64,000 nucleotides of DNA, from NCBI GenBank assembly GCA_963813075.1, contig CAWEXU010000013.1, positions 1 through 64,000 on the forward strand, read 5' to 3'. The position numbers and the translations under genes were made by a program. Numbering within the stretch: the first letter of the stretch is position 1; each line of letters begins with the position of its first letter. This DNA is from Methanotrichaceae archaeon (GTDB taxonomy: Archaea; Halobacteriota; Methanosarcinia; Methanotrichales; Methanotrichaceae). A model generated the notes under the pieces. The model was not told the DNA's origin and made no database searches. It worked only from the letters and a program-made list of their open reading frames with translations. Of this stretch, positions 37,237 through 47,968 are shown one piece after another.

Positions 37237-38240
37237 ATGCCTGATTTTAGCTATTATCTTATCAAGCCCAATGCACCGTTCCATATCGGCGAGCGTGGCG
37301 TGGGCTTGGAGGAAACCTCGGCAATGCTCCACTCCGACACTCTCTTCGGAGCGATATGCTGGGCCTGGAGACTGCTTTATGGTGAAGAAGATCTCCTTGA
37401 ACTCCTGGATTTGTACTGTCAGGCCAGACCACCCTTCCTCATATCCTCAACCTTCCCCTTTATTGGCAAGACGATGATTTTACCCAAGCCCTTGCATGGC
37501 CTGGGACAGGCTGGACAGGAGAAGAACTTCCGGCGGGCTTCATTGATCTCGCATTCCATATTTCAGAGCCTGGCTCAAGGAAAAAGCCTTCTGGATTGCA
37601 GTTACAAAATAGTTCGAGGAGATCCTGGAAATGTAATTGTCTCACCTCAAGAAGCCACCCAAATTCAAGATATGGTAGGCACAGGCTCAGCATGGACAGT
37701 AGGCGAGGCTCCCCGAGTAACCTTGGATCGTGACACAAGACGATCGGATATCTACTACGCAGGAGATGTCAGATTCATGAAAGATTGTGGTCTGTACATG
37801 CTGGTAGATTTCCTGGATGCAGCTTATAAATCTAAGTTGGAGGGCGCCTTGCGTCTTTTAGGTGATGAAGGGACTGGGAGGAGAAAGGTCTTCCGGAAGA
37901 GGCTCTTTTCTCTTTATCTTAGACCCAGGTTCACTGTCTTTAGGATCTGATGAGGGTGATGGGGCGATGCTTCTCTCCCTGTGTCGTCCACGAAGAGAAG
38001 AAACCGCTATTCTGCCCAGATCTTATTACGGCTTGATCACAAGAAGAGGCTGGGTGGCAGGCAAATCCGACAAGAGGAAGAGAAGCGTGAGAATGCTCGT
38101 CGAGGGTTCAGTAGTCCCTTGCGGACCGGAGAATTTGCTTGGTTGCATGGAGGACGTAGGTGGCGAAGGAACACGAAAAGGCAAAAAGAATCCTCTCTTA
38201 TGGCCTAGCATTTAAAGCACCCATGAGGATGGGACAATGA
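37237..38240 (+). CDS. csm4: Csm4 (frameshifted)
   Basis: LHSDTLFGA, ISSTFPF, PRVTLDR, GLGGERSSGRG, MLVEGSV. Confidence 0.88.
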
Positions 38241-39334
38241 GATATATTCTTCATTTCATTACGCCTCGTGCATGTGGGCAGCGGACTGAAGCTGGGCAAG
38301 ATGGACTACGTTGTCAGAGGCGATCGGGTAATGATAATAGATCTGCAACGCCTCGTCTCTCTTCCCGAAAGTAGATCCGGAAGAGCTATCCGATGCCATG
38401 GACATGAGGAACTTTGATATTGGCGCTTATTTGCGCGCAAGGGCATCGATCCGGCACAGGTGGCATCATATTCAATACCCTGCGGCGGCCTCCTCAGGGC
38501 GAAATCATTTGCTGCCTGAAGGATGGATTAGGAAGTCCATACGTGCCTGGAAGCTCGCTAAAAGGTGCTCTAGAACAGCAATTCTCTGGGAGAGAATCAA
38601 GAACGATTCAAGCCTGATGAATGAGGCCAGAGATAAGATCGAGTCCGCAATAGAGCGTGCTGGACCGAGGAGTTCGCGGCCTGGGCAGCGCAGCCTCTGG
38701 AGAGATTGTTTTTGGGAAGAGATCCTGTCAAAGGAAATCACCCCAATTATGATCACCTTCGCGCTCTGAAAGTGTCAGACACCGACATCATACCCAAGGA
38801 GCAGCTCCAGTGCTTTGATGCAGCTGTGAGGAATCTGCAGCGGCGACAGACTTGAGACGAAAATGACGTTATGCGCCGAAGCCTTCCGGCCAGGTACAGA
38901 GACCCAGATCTCTTTAGACATAGATCCGTTCCTTCTCAGAGATGATATTCAATCAAAGCTTAATTTAAAGGTGGAAGATCTGAAGGACCTGGAAAAAATC
39001 GCTAGATCTTATTATTCTGATTATATAAAGTCTGAAATTGATTTCTTCTCGGAATATGATGAACCAGTTCCTTGTGATTTTTATAAGAAACTGCAATCCC
39101 TTAATGAAAGAAAGAGGCGGAATGCTCTTAAGGGCTGGATGGGGATCGGGTTGGCATGGGATGACTGTGGCCAGGCTATTTCCGGATCTTCTTGACGATA
39201 TCCGTGATGCATTCCGTCTCGGGAGAGCAAATGTTGCTGAGTTTCCGAAGACCAGAAAGCTGGCGCTTATGGATGATGATCCAAAATACCAGATGCAACC
39301 CTTTGGATGGATCTTGGCAAGGCCGATCAAATAG
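38237..39334 (+). CDS. csm5: Csm5 (frameshifted)
   Basis: VHVGSG, PYVPGSSLKGAL, LKVSD, LRAGWGSGW, FPKTR, PFGW. Confidence 0.85.
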
Positions 39335-39354
39335 AGGTTCTGGGGGCATCACCT

Positions 39355-40543
39355 TTGGAGGAAAGCGATCACGTTTCTCGGCATACAAAATTATGCTGAA
39401 ACCACATATTTTCTGAATGAAAAGAGCTGCAGGACAAATCTCTTTCCAGAGGCTCTCAACAGTTTCTTTAGTCCAGAAGAGATTCTTGTATTCCTCACCA
39501 AAGATGCAGAGAACAAGTATCTGGAAATCCTATCAAATCGCCTAAAGGGAAAAACGTCATTACGTCCAATCTCCATCCCAGACGGAAAGAATGAAGCAGA
39601 GATATGGTCAATCTTCGAAAAATTGACTCAGAATGTGGACAGCGGCGACAGGATCATATTTGACATAACGCATGCCTTTAGGTCAATACCTTTCCTGGCC
39701 ATAATAGCAGTCTCTTATCTTCGGGCTGCAAAAGATATGGAGCTTGAAGCCCTTGTCTATGGAGCATATGAAGCCAGAGTGGATGATAGAAGCCCCGTAT
39801 TTGATCTGACACCATTTATCACGCTATTGGATTGGACAAATGCTACAGATAAATTTGTTAAGACTGATCAGGGTTCAGAAATAGCTCACCTCCTCAGAGA
39901 TGCTCACCAGGTAGCTTATAAAATTCCCGAATCCAGAGATGGCCGACAGCCACCCAGAGAGCTGAAGAACATAGCTGCAGATATTGAAGAAATATCAAGG
40001 GCAATGCTCCTGGCCCGATCCGAGGAGGTTATGAACAAAGCATGGAAGATGTCCAACCGGCCAGACAGCTGCAGAAAGGAAGCAGATGATTGGGCCAAAC
40101 CATTCTCGCTCTTGATAGATCGTATCAATCAGGAATTCAGTCCACTTTCTCTCCAGGATCCAAGGAAGGATATAAATCATCGTCTGGCTATAGAGCTTAA
40201 AATACAGAGGCGGCAGCTGGAAAAAGGCCAGGTCATACAGGCAATATTGCTATCAAGAGAATGGGTAGTGACTTACTACACATCGCTTATGGGCATGAAT
40301 CTGCTGTCTGACCGAGAGAAAGCAGAGGACATGCTTAATAGCATGGCAAGATCTACGATCTCGACAGAGAACAGTTCAGAAGAAGAGTCTGAGCTGATTG
40401 GAATCTGGAGAGATCTGATCCAGTTGAGAAATGATGTCGCCCATTGTGGAATGAGGAGCAATCCTATGCAGTCAGGAAAGCTTGTGACAAAAGCAGAGGA
40501 AGTCGTTTTGAGGTTAAGCAAGATAAAGCAATTGCAGCCATAG
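39355..40543 (+). CDS. csx1: Csx1/TM1812-type CARF-HEPN ribonuclease
   Basis: Frame opens at KAITFLG; IPDGKNE, FDITHAFRSIP (DxTHG-like), HEPN RNDVAH. Confidence 0.85.
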
Positions 40544-40545
40544 CC

Positions 40546-40932
40546 ATGATAATAATAAATTTCGCCCATCCACTTACCAATGACCATCTGGATCAGATTT
40601 CAGTGATAACAGGCGAAAATGTCGAGAAGGTAATTGAGATCAACAGCAACATACGGACCGAAGAGCCATTAGCTCCTCAGGCCATTGCATTAATCGACAA
40701 TGTAGTCCTTTCTAAAAGAGAATGGCAGACTCTTTCCATTCTCATAAATCTGCCTTCACTCAACTACACCACAGCAATTTTGATTTCTGAAATCCATGGG
40801 AGATGTGGATATTTGCCTACCATTATCAGGATGAGGCCGGTAAAGGGAGCATTGCCAACAAGGTTCGAGGTGGCCGAGATCATCGATCTTCAAGCCCTGA
40901 GAGATGCAGCTCGCGCCAAAGGATTAGCCTAA
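40546..40932 (+). CDS. csx15: Csx15-family CRISPR-associated protein
   Basis: MIIINFAHPLT...WQT..ILINLP...EIHGRCGYLP...FEVAEIIDLQALRD. Confidence 0.75.
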   Translation: MIIINFAHPLTNDHLDQISVITGENVEKVIEINSNIRTEEPLAPQAIALIDNVVLSKREWQTLSILINLPSLNYTTAILISEIHGRCGYLPTIIRMRPVKGALPTRFEVAEIIDLQALRDAARAKGLA

Positions 40933-40946
40933 GACCATAAACAATG

Positions 40947-41976
40947 CTATGGGCCTTTTTCCATTCTGAACATTCCATTGCCAATTGAAGCCCCCTTTCC
41001 TACATGAATTATTTGTCCGAGCGAAAGCAGGGCCATGATATCCTTTGAGAAAGATCCTCTGTAGACGATCTCTCCCAAAAAGTGAGGAGGCTGCCAGTGA
41101 GACTCATTTTGCATATCGGTTCTGGCGATGGAGATGAACCTCATCCACAAAGGCTGATACTTGCTCCACCTTTTCAGCCTTTTCCAGCATATCCTGGCAT
41201 TCTTCAGGGCTGTAGAGATATCCTGTTCCATGCGAAGATGATAGCATATTGGCACGCAAGAGCAAATGCCCTAGAAGCATCCCAAAGGACGGGACGAGAC
41301 GAATATCCACTCCCGTCTCCGATATGCGTTGGCGTTAGAAATCTCAAGGTTACAGAGCCATCAAACTTTTCTGCCTGCCCGAGAAGATCCAAATAGCTAA
41401 AAGTGCTTATCTTGCTCTGCAGATTGCCGTTATTGTACACTTGTTTTCTTTCCTGGGGAGACAGACTGTCATGCTGACTCCAGATCGAATCTGCCGCCTC
41501 CAATATGGCGATCTTGTCCTAGACCCGATTTCCCAAGATCTCTTAAGGCCAAAAACAGATATGGCAGACTATCCAAAGCGGACCCGATCACAGCAAAGCC
41601 AACCGTTGCGCAGTCTTCGGGACTGTAAGAGCCAGTAGCCGGCGGCTTGAGAATCAAAGGCAAAGGGGCCTCAAATGACCTGAGAGAATCATTTTGGTCT
41701 TCCAGAGGAAATGATGTAAATAGCCTGCCATAGCTGCAGCATTGAGATAATTGGCAATTTTTTCTGCAATGGCGGCGTTCCATTATCGCCTTTGAAGGCT
41801 CTTCTTGGATTATGGATATAAACGGCACAGACACGGTCTATGAGCTTATTGCCCAAGCCAGCCCTAAAGCCGTTTCCTGCCCATAAAGGAATATGGGCTT
41901 GGGTGAGGAATCTTATTCTCGCCTCCAGCAGACAGATTTGAATATCACCCTTTCTTTGGAAATTTGCACGAGCCAA
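40947..41976 (-). CDS. cas6: Cas6 endoribonuclease (frameshifted)
   Basis: GNGFRAGLG, Cys cluster, FLTPT, C-terminal HVGKGASIGNG glycine loop. Confidence 0.82.
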
Positions 41977-42906
41977 AGGGTCTTCTTTGATGCCTCTTGA
42001 TTATTCCATTTCCATCTGCAACAAACGACCCCATTCCAAAATGCGCCGCGTATCCCAACAGCCAGCGGCCCCTGCACCGGCTCTAGGAAGTGGATGCGAA
42101 ATCCATAGGCTGCTCGGCTGGATGCTTTTATCCCATGGGAGTTATCATTGCGCACGCTCTGGAAGTTGGACCAGAATACCTTGCTCTCGCCCAGATTGCG
42201 TGCAGGGCACTCGCTCCACCATTGCTGGCACTGGAAATCCGCCCAGCTTCAATAGTCTTCTCAGCTCGTGCTCTGGGCTGTCGATCTGCAAGCCTGTGGC
42301 ATCTCGCTTGGCAGCGCCCGCCCGCGTGATCTTGGGGTGGCGGGTGGGAACAAAAGGCAGGCGTGAAATCCATGTTCGGGATTTGGCTAGCAGTGAACAC
42401 CGACCCAGCTCCAGGTCTGTTCCTCCAAAATCCTCTGGCTGGCCCATGCCCAATAGCGAAAGATGAACATCAGGAACACTTCCACCGTAGACATGCTCCA
42501 ACTTTTGCAGAGCTTTCTGATCATGGGAACTGAAACCGGTCGAGGAAGAAACTGTGACATGAGTTATCTCTCCCTCGTTCCCCCTTCCCAGCCCCAGATT
42601 TGATTCGCAGAAGATGTATGCGTGCTCGTGGCCCTTTAAAGGCCGATGTGAGCTATCGCAGCCCGTGAATACACTGGAGCCATTGGAGAGCTCAACTAAA
42701 GCCAGATGAATTCTCTCTGCCAGGAGAAGAGCCATTGTCAGCTTTGGAGGCTGGTCGCCTGATACAAGAAATCTGGCCACAGATGGATCTTTAGCCATAA
42801 GACCCGACCTGACCAAAGATAGGCTACTTGATTTTAAAGTACGATTTGGTGATCTGGAATTAGGTTGCATAACTCTATAGTAGTCTCCTGTTGGGCGAAA
42901 TGGCAT
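41945..42906 (-). CDS. csb2: Csb2-like protein, C-terminal Cas6-like half only (type I-G)
   Basis: GHEHAY, ITHVTV, SRTWIS..PFV, VQGPLAVGYAAHFGMG (after indel). Confidence 0.7.
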
Positions 42907-42978
42907 TCAAAGATAAGTACTTTGGGGAGTCGCGGACGGAATTTATGACCCATAAGACATATATATTGACATTATAAA

Positions 42979-43012
42979 TTATCCCTGTCTGAAAAGACGT
43001 GGCTCATTAAGC
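42979..43012 (+). repeat. Solitary degenerate CRISPR repeat R1
   Basis: TTATCCCTGTCTGAAAAGACGTGGCTCATTAAGC compared with array repeat. Confidence 0.9.
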
Positions 43013-43030
43013 TTATTGTGAGATGTATGA

Positions 43031-43680
43031 ATGAACAGGTTAACCCAATACTTCCGCGCCAACTGGGAGAGCATCTTGATTGAAGCCATTCTCCTACAAT
43101 TCTTTATAGCAGGCATTCTCGAGGGTAATCTGATCTTTGCAACGATAGCCGCAGTAGGTGGACTGGCGTTGTTGGCATTAATCTATAAAACGATTGCTAT
43201 ATTCGGTCAATGCCAGAAGCCCTTACGCGGCCAGAATATCGCCTTTCAGGTGCCTCGACGTGGGTATGATTTTCACAGTTGGCCGCCAACCTGACACCAT
43301 CCGAATGGCTCTAAAACATCAGAAAGCGGAGTATGTAGCTTTCTCTGCTCAGCAAGATCGGAGACGTGGCCAATCAGTTGATGGAGGAGTTCGCTCTCGA
43401 TGAAGATCACTGTAAGAAAGAGGTGGTCGACCCGCAGAATATCGAGGAAATCCGACTGAAGACTGGCACTGATCCTTAACTGGCTGAATGCAAAGGGGCT
43501 CAGTCCGATTGAGATATCGCTGCAGATATCACAGGTGGTATGACGACAATGTCTGTAGGAGTCTTTTCTATGACTGAAGAGCGCAATGTAGATAGCCAAT
43601 ACATCTTCTGCCGCCAGTATGAGAACAATAGATGTGTGGATGGCACCCAGGAAGCTGTATTCGTCAGCCGTTACAATTAG
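43031..43680 (+). CDS. Cam1-like transmembrane-CARF effector (frameshifted)
   Basis: Two N-terminal hydrophobic helices, then GMIFTVG...VVDPQNIEEI...ADITGGMTTMSVG CARF-type motif; stop 43680. Confidence 0.7.
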
Positions 43681-43777
43681 GGTAAGTTATTGAGGAGGAT
43701 GATGGATTGATCTCGTTAAGTGTCACAATTGATGCTCCTCTTTTTAAAGGTTCGGATATTCGAGAAGCAATGATGTA

Positions 43778-43810
43778 TTGTCCATGTCTGAAGAGTCATG
43801 ACCATTCAAC
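43778..43810 (+). repeat. Solitary degenerate CRISPR repeat R2
   Basis: TCCATGTCTGAAGAG identical to array repeat 15 variant, then TCATGACC. Confidence 0.7.
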
Positions 43811-44295
43811 GGCGAGCCTCGATTGTATCCAAGCCACCCCGGCGTTGAGGGGACCAGGGCATTAGCGCGGGAGGCCCGGAGGGCCGACTCGCGGCGTGCA
43901 CAAAAAAAATAGTCTGTGTAAATCAATCTTAGCCTTGATAACAGCCTAAATTCGAGAACTCAACTATGATGACATTCGAGATCTTTCGATCCTCATCAAA
44001 GCAGTTCAAACTTTTCGCCTAGGCCCGCCTGGCGAATTTTCCCTTTAATATATCTCAATGCCAAAACCATCGACGGCTAATTCCGATCTATCTGGCTTTG
44101 AGGGGCCCCCTTTGCCTGCGTCCCGGTGGGCCGGCTCGCGGCGTGCACAAAAAAACAGTTTGTGTAAATCAATCTCAGCCTTGATAACAGCCCTGGATTC
44201 AAGAAATCGACTATAACGGTAGTCGAAATCCTTTCGAGCGTCATAAAAGCAGTTCAAGACTATGGCCTGGGCCCGCCTTGAGATTTTTCATTTAA
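43801..44295 (+). repeat. Dispersed structured repeat, tandem copies B (43801-44046) and C (44050-44295)
   Basis: Both contain CTCGCGGCGTGCACAAAAAAA..TGTGTAAATCAATCT.AGCCTTGATAACAGCC..AAAGCAGTTCAA..GGCCCGCCT. Confidence 0.88.
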
Positions 44296-44306
44296 TTGCG
44301 TTATGA

Positions 44307-44834
44307 TCAAGGCATCCCCAGGCGTTCCTTTATCGCCCTGATATCGGATTGCATCTGCTGGAAGTTCGAGACGTATCCAGGCTGGATGTCTTCCCTCATG
44401 CCCTTGATCTCCTCAAGGGTCGCATCAGTAGTTTTTCGCACTGCTCTGACCTCATCGAGGGTTGCGTCGGAAGTTTTCCGCACCGCCTTCAGATCATCTC
44501 TCATATCGAGGAGCAGCGGGATGGCCTTATCCAGTTGAACGAATGAGCAGAGCATGGCAACCTCGCTGGTTCGACCAACCTCGCCTTCGTAGGGCTCAGA
44601 GGTCACTTCAGTGACTTGAGCAAGCTCTGGCCTATCATTCTCAATCTTTTTGAGGAATGCTTTGATTCGAGCCTCATCCCCTTCTACCAGGGCAATCACT
44701 TGTTGCCTGCCGTCTCCTTCCCAGTTGTAGGTAGAAAGCCCTGGCAGGGCGGTGTTCATTGCGTTCTTGAGCAAGAACACCCGGTAGCCGACATCATGCA
44801 CCTTTGGACCGGCGAGAGTGATCTTGAGTTTCAT
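44307..44834 (-). CDS. Acylphosphatase-domain protein with coiled-coil tail
   Basis: GPKVHDVGYR, VEGD; duplicated AVRKTxDATLxEx in tail. Confidence 0.75.
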   Translation of the reverse strand: MKLKITLAGPKVHDVGYRVFLLKNAMNTALPGLSTYNWEGDGRQQVIALVEGDEARIKAFLKKIENDRPELAQVTEVTSEPYEGEVGRTSEVAMLCSFVQLDKAIPLLLDMRDDLKAVRKTSDATLDEVRAVRKTTDATLEEIKGMREDIQPGYVSNFQQMQSDIRAIKERLGMP

Positions 44835-45059
44835 TTTCGATCCTTATGTCCTCCCTGATATGAAAGGATTTGGGTGTGATCTTCTGTCTCCTGCTGCAAA
44901 AGTACTTACGATTTTTCAGAACTGACATACGCATAAAAAATATGGTGCATCCGGCAAAAAGGTTTATCAACGGCGCATATATTCACCAGGGGGAGGTAAA
45001 TTGAGCTTTCTGCTAGTCGAAAGTGAATTTTGTTCTGATTATTTCTTAAATGTAGTTGG

Positions 45060-45170
45060 CCAGGCCTTCATCTCTCTGGCGTTGAGGGCCCCCTTTGCCT
45101 GCAGCCCTGTGGGCCGACTGGCGGTGTCCCAAAAAAAGCGGCCTTGTGTAAATCAATTGGCCTTATTACA
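45060..45170 (+). repeat. Dispersed structured repeat, partial copy D
   Basis: TCTGGCGTTGAGGGCCCCCTTTGCCTGC..GGGCCGACT..AAAAAAA..TGTGTAAATCAAT. Confidence 0.75.
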
Positions 45171-45254
45171 ACATAGTGCTGAAACGCCCATGAGCCGGGG
45201 CAGGGGATCAAACGCGGCGGATAAAAATCGAGATGTTTCGACATCATGATCTTG

Positions 45255-45288
45255 ATTTACATGCGAAAAGACGCCGTCCTATTGGATT
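45255..45288 (+). repeat. Solitary degenerate CRISPR repeat R3
   Basis: ATTTACATGCGAAAAGACGCCGTCCTATTGGATT aligns to the repeat with a 2-nt gap. Confidence 0.6.
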
Positions 45289-45342
45289 AAATTTTAAGGG
45301 ATACCAACACTTTAATACTATTGATTGCAGATAAAACTAAAG

Positions 45343-45621
45343 ATGAGTTCCAGGCCCTGGACCATAAAGCTGGATGAAAATGGCAGGATTCAGCTCCCAG
45401 CAGACTTGAGAGCCATGCTTAACATGAATCCCGGCGATGAGTTCATTATAGACGATGCTACAAGCGATATGATACTGCTTAAGAAAATGGATCTATCTGC
45501 TATAATGAAGGGAATAATAGAAGAAGCCAGGAATGTGGATCTCGATAAGCTTGAAGGGGAGATCGAGGAAGAGGGCAATAGGATTGCACGAGAGAAGTAC
45601 AAGATTTTTGCTGGACACTAA
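45343..45621 (+). CDS. AbrB/MazE-family antitoxin
   Basis: KLDENGRIQLPADLRAMLNMNPGDEF. Confidence 0.85.
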   Translation: MSSRPWTIKLDENGRIQLPADLRAMLNMNPGDEFIIDDATSDMILLKKMDLSAIMKGIIEEARNVDLDKLEGEIEEEGNRIAREKYKIFAGH

Positions 45622-45946
45622 TGTTTTCATCGCTGCCATAAGACGGGGATGGACGAGGTCAAATGATCTGGTTATAGAAAATACGCTAATGAATTTGGCG
45701 GTTTTGGCCAGATCTTGTTTTATCGTCTCCAGCAGAAGGTTGAGGTCTTGGAGTTATTGGATGACGATATCGCCAGATGCCAGCCGTTTTTTCCCAGAAG
45801 GCCAGGAGGCTGATGTCCTTCATGCAGCCACATGTTTGGGCGCAGGTGGAATCCTGATCTCAAACGACAAGCATTTTGAGAGGATTAGCAACGCCGGAAT
45901 TGTTGAAGTATGGACGACTTCCGAAGCAATAAAAAGAATTATCTAG
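45584..45946 (+). pseudogene. PIN-domain (VapC-like) toxin, apparently internally deleted or frameshifted
   Basis: FLLDTNVFIAA start and ADVLHAATCL...ISNDKHF end; middle reads best in another frame. Confidence 0.7.
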
Positions 45947-46000
45947 GATGGGGAAAATAAATCTCGAAATAAGGGAATGACTAAATAAATAATCACAAGA

Positions 46001-46030
46001 ATCCCCATGTCTGAAAAGACGTGCACCATC
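46001..46030 (+). repeat. Solitary partial CRISPR repeat R4
   Basis: CCATGTCTGAAAAGACGTG, 19-nt exact match covering the hairpin. Confidence 0.85.
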
Positions 46031-46139
46031 CCGCCCGGAGAATTCAATCATGATTATAAAACAGTTGACATTCGGTCTTGCATATGGATATGAATTTTCA
46101 CGCTGACTTTTCATTCCACATACAATTAATATTCATATT

Positions 46140-46328
46140 GTTACATCTCATACCATCAACGGCCAGCCTCGTTTGTATCCAAGCCTCCCCGGCGTTGAGG
46201 GGGGCCCAGGGCATTAGCGCGGGAGGGCCGGAGGCCCGACTCGTGACGTACACAAAAAAAAACAATCTGTGCAATTAAAATTAGCCTTGATAACAGCCTG
46301 GATTCAAGAATTCGAATATGATGACATG
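46140..46328 (+). repeat. Dispersed structured repeat, copy E
   Basis: ACCATCAACGGCCAGCCTCGTTTGTATCCAAGCC..GGCGTTGAGG..CAGGGCATTAGCGCGGGAGG..TAGCCTTGATAACAGCC. Confidence 0.88.
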
Positions 46329-46474
46329 ATTGTTATATAAAATACACAGAATATGCGTTTATCACGTCGAGATTTGACAAGCAAAAAAATAAAATGGCCG
46401 GACTTTCAAGGACGCTGCTCTCCATCTCGGCCTCTATTGGGGTCGTAGTTGTCTCCACCAGGCTCCGTTTTTGC

Positions 46475-47968
46475 CTACCCTGCCTGAGTCTTCGGATCAA
46501 ACTTTATGGCTCTATCATACACTATCTCCGAGTAAGATGGCCCGGTCTTTGTAGCCTTTTCCAGGTACATCCTCCAGAAAATCATAAGAGGCTGATCCAG
46601 AGCTATGCCGTAGGCCCCAGGACCGGTGGGAACCTCAAGGCAATTCAGATCGCCATTGCAATTCCTGGCAATCTTGTAGACATAGAGGTATTTCGCGTTG
46701 GGATTGTCAGGGAGGTAATCCTCGGCAGTTCCATTGAAATTCGCATCGTGGACTGTCCCAACACCATTCCAACCAGCTGCGCCGTATATGGTAGCACTTG
46801 AATATGTTGTCTTTTCTGTGGCTACATGGTTGACACCGTAGATGATTATGAACTCATTTGGATCGCTTCCCAAAGTAACTGTGGGATGCGGTTGGAAATC
46901 ATAGTATTTCGAGAGATCAGGGAATGAAGGTGTCGGCGAATAGGTAGTTAGGTTTGATGTCCATAGGTAGCATGCATCGTTGTCTGGCCCCATGGCATTG
47001 ATTCCCCTCTGAATTCCATCTGAAGGGACTAGCATACTTGTTGGAAGTTCTGTAGCACTCAAATTGCTATATGTATTGAGAATCTCCTTCTTCAACTCTT
47101 CTAGATCATCCATAAGGTCAAACTCTGTAGTTCCCGTCCCGCGGACTCTTAGCTTTGGGAAATCATACGGATCCAGTTTCGTAGTTAGGTTGGGAGTAAC
47201 TCGGAAAACAATCGCTGGTGTGTTATTGAGGTAGTCATCGCCCGCCTGTTCGTCTTTGTAGAAAGCTGGACGCATGGCGATAAGAAATTTGTCAGAGTTA
47301 TTTTCTACGCCCAAATTCAGCATTGATGATGGAAGCACCTGGGTGTTGAACAAGTTGTCTGGATATCCTGCTGATATTGCAGCCGCCCGGATGCGTTGAT
47401 CGATGCCCCTGTCGGCCGTAGCGACTATCACCGTGGTTTGATTGAATGGATTTCCGGCCGCTCCATTTGGCGTTCCTTCAGTATTGATAACTAGATTATT
47501 CACAGTGTCGCCTAAGTTGGAGAAAATCCATCTGGTCTCATTTCCATAGGTCCTTTCCACCAGTTGTAGATCGAAGCTGAAGTATCTGCACTCTGGGGGT
47601 GTCCTTCCCACGAATACAACGGCTTCATCAGGACCAAGATTCCAGAAAGCAGATGCGTTCAGGTCTATTCCAAGAGTTGCGGCAATTTTTGCAATCTCTT
47701 CAGGCAACTTCTGGCCAGGTGCCGGTGGGACAAAATATGTCAGGTATTTTGTGCTGGGGTTGTTTCCAAGTGCATTAGGCAGCACTCGCAAATCATATAA
47801 CTTGATGACATCAAAAAAACCTACCGTGCCTTGCTGCACTGTGAATCCATCTTTTTCTAAAGCTTGTTGGAAGGAATTCACATCACCTATTTTCGGATCT
47901 TGTGCGAGGCCAGTTCCTATTAACACGGCCAACACAAATCCAAGAGTCATATAGCGTTTCAGTTTCAT
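46475..47968 (-). CDS. Secreted hypothetical protein
   Basis: Intact 497-aa ORF with signal peptide MKLKRYMTLGFVLAVLIGTGLA. Confidence 0.8.
   Translation of the reverse strand: MKLKRYMTLGFVLAVLIGTGLAQDPKIGDVNSFQQALEKDGFTVQQGTVGFFDVIKLYDLRVLPNALGNNPSTKYLTYFVPPAPGQKLPEEIAKIAATLGIDLNASAFWNLGPDEAVVFVGRTPPECRYFSFDLQLVERTYGNETRWIFSNLGDTVNNLVINTEGTPNGAAGNPFNQTTVIVATADRGIDQRIRAAAISAGYPDNLFNTQVLPSSMLNLGVENNSDKFLIAMRPAFYKDEQAGDDYLNNTPAIVFRVTPNLTTKLDPYDFPKLRVRGTGTTEFDLMDDLEELKKEILNTYSNLSATELPTSMLVPSDGIQRGINAMGPDNDACYLWTSNLTTYSPTPSFPDLSKYYDFQPHPTVTLGSDPNEFIIIYGVNHVATEKTTYSSATIYGAAGWNGVGTVHDANFNGTAEDYLPDNPNAKYLYVYKIARNCNGDLNCLEVPTGPGAYGIALDQPLMIFWRMYLEKATKTGPSYSEIVYDRAIKFDPKTQAG

Noticed and set aside
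21224..43680. Calling frameshifted rps9, ipk, fni, idsA and csm genes pseudogenes or programmed frameshifts
   Set aside because: Essential genes are hit too, which points to long-read indel error; cannot be resolved without reads
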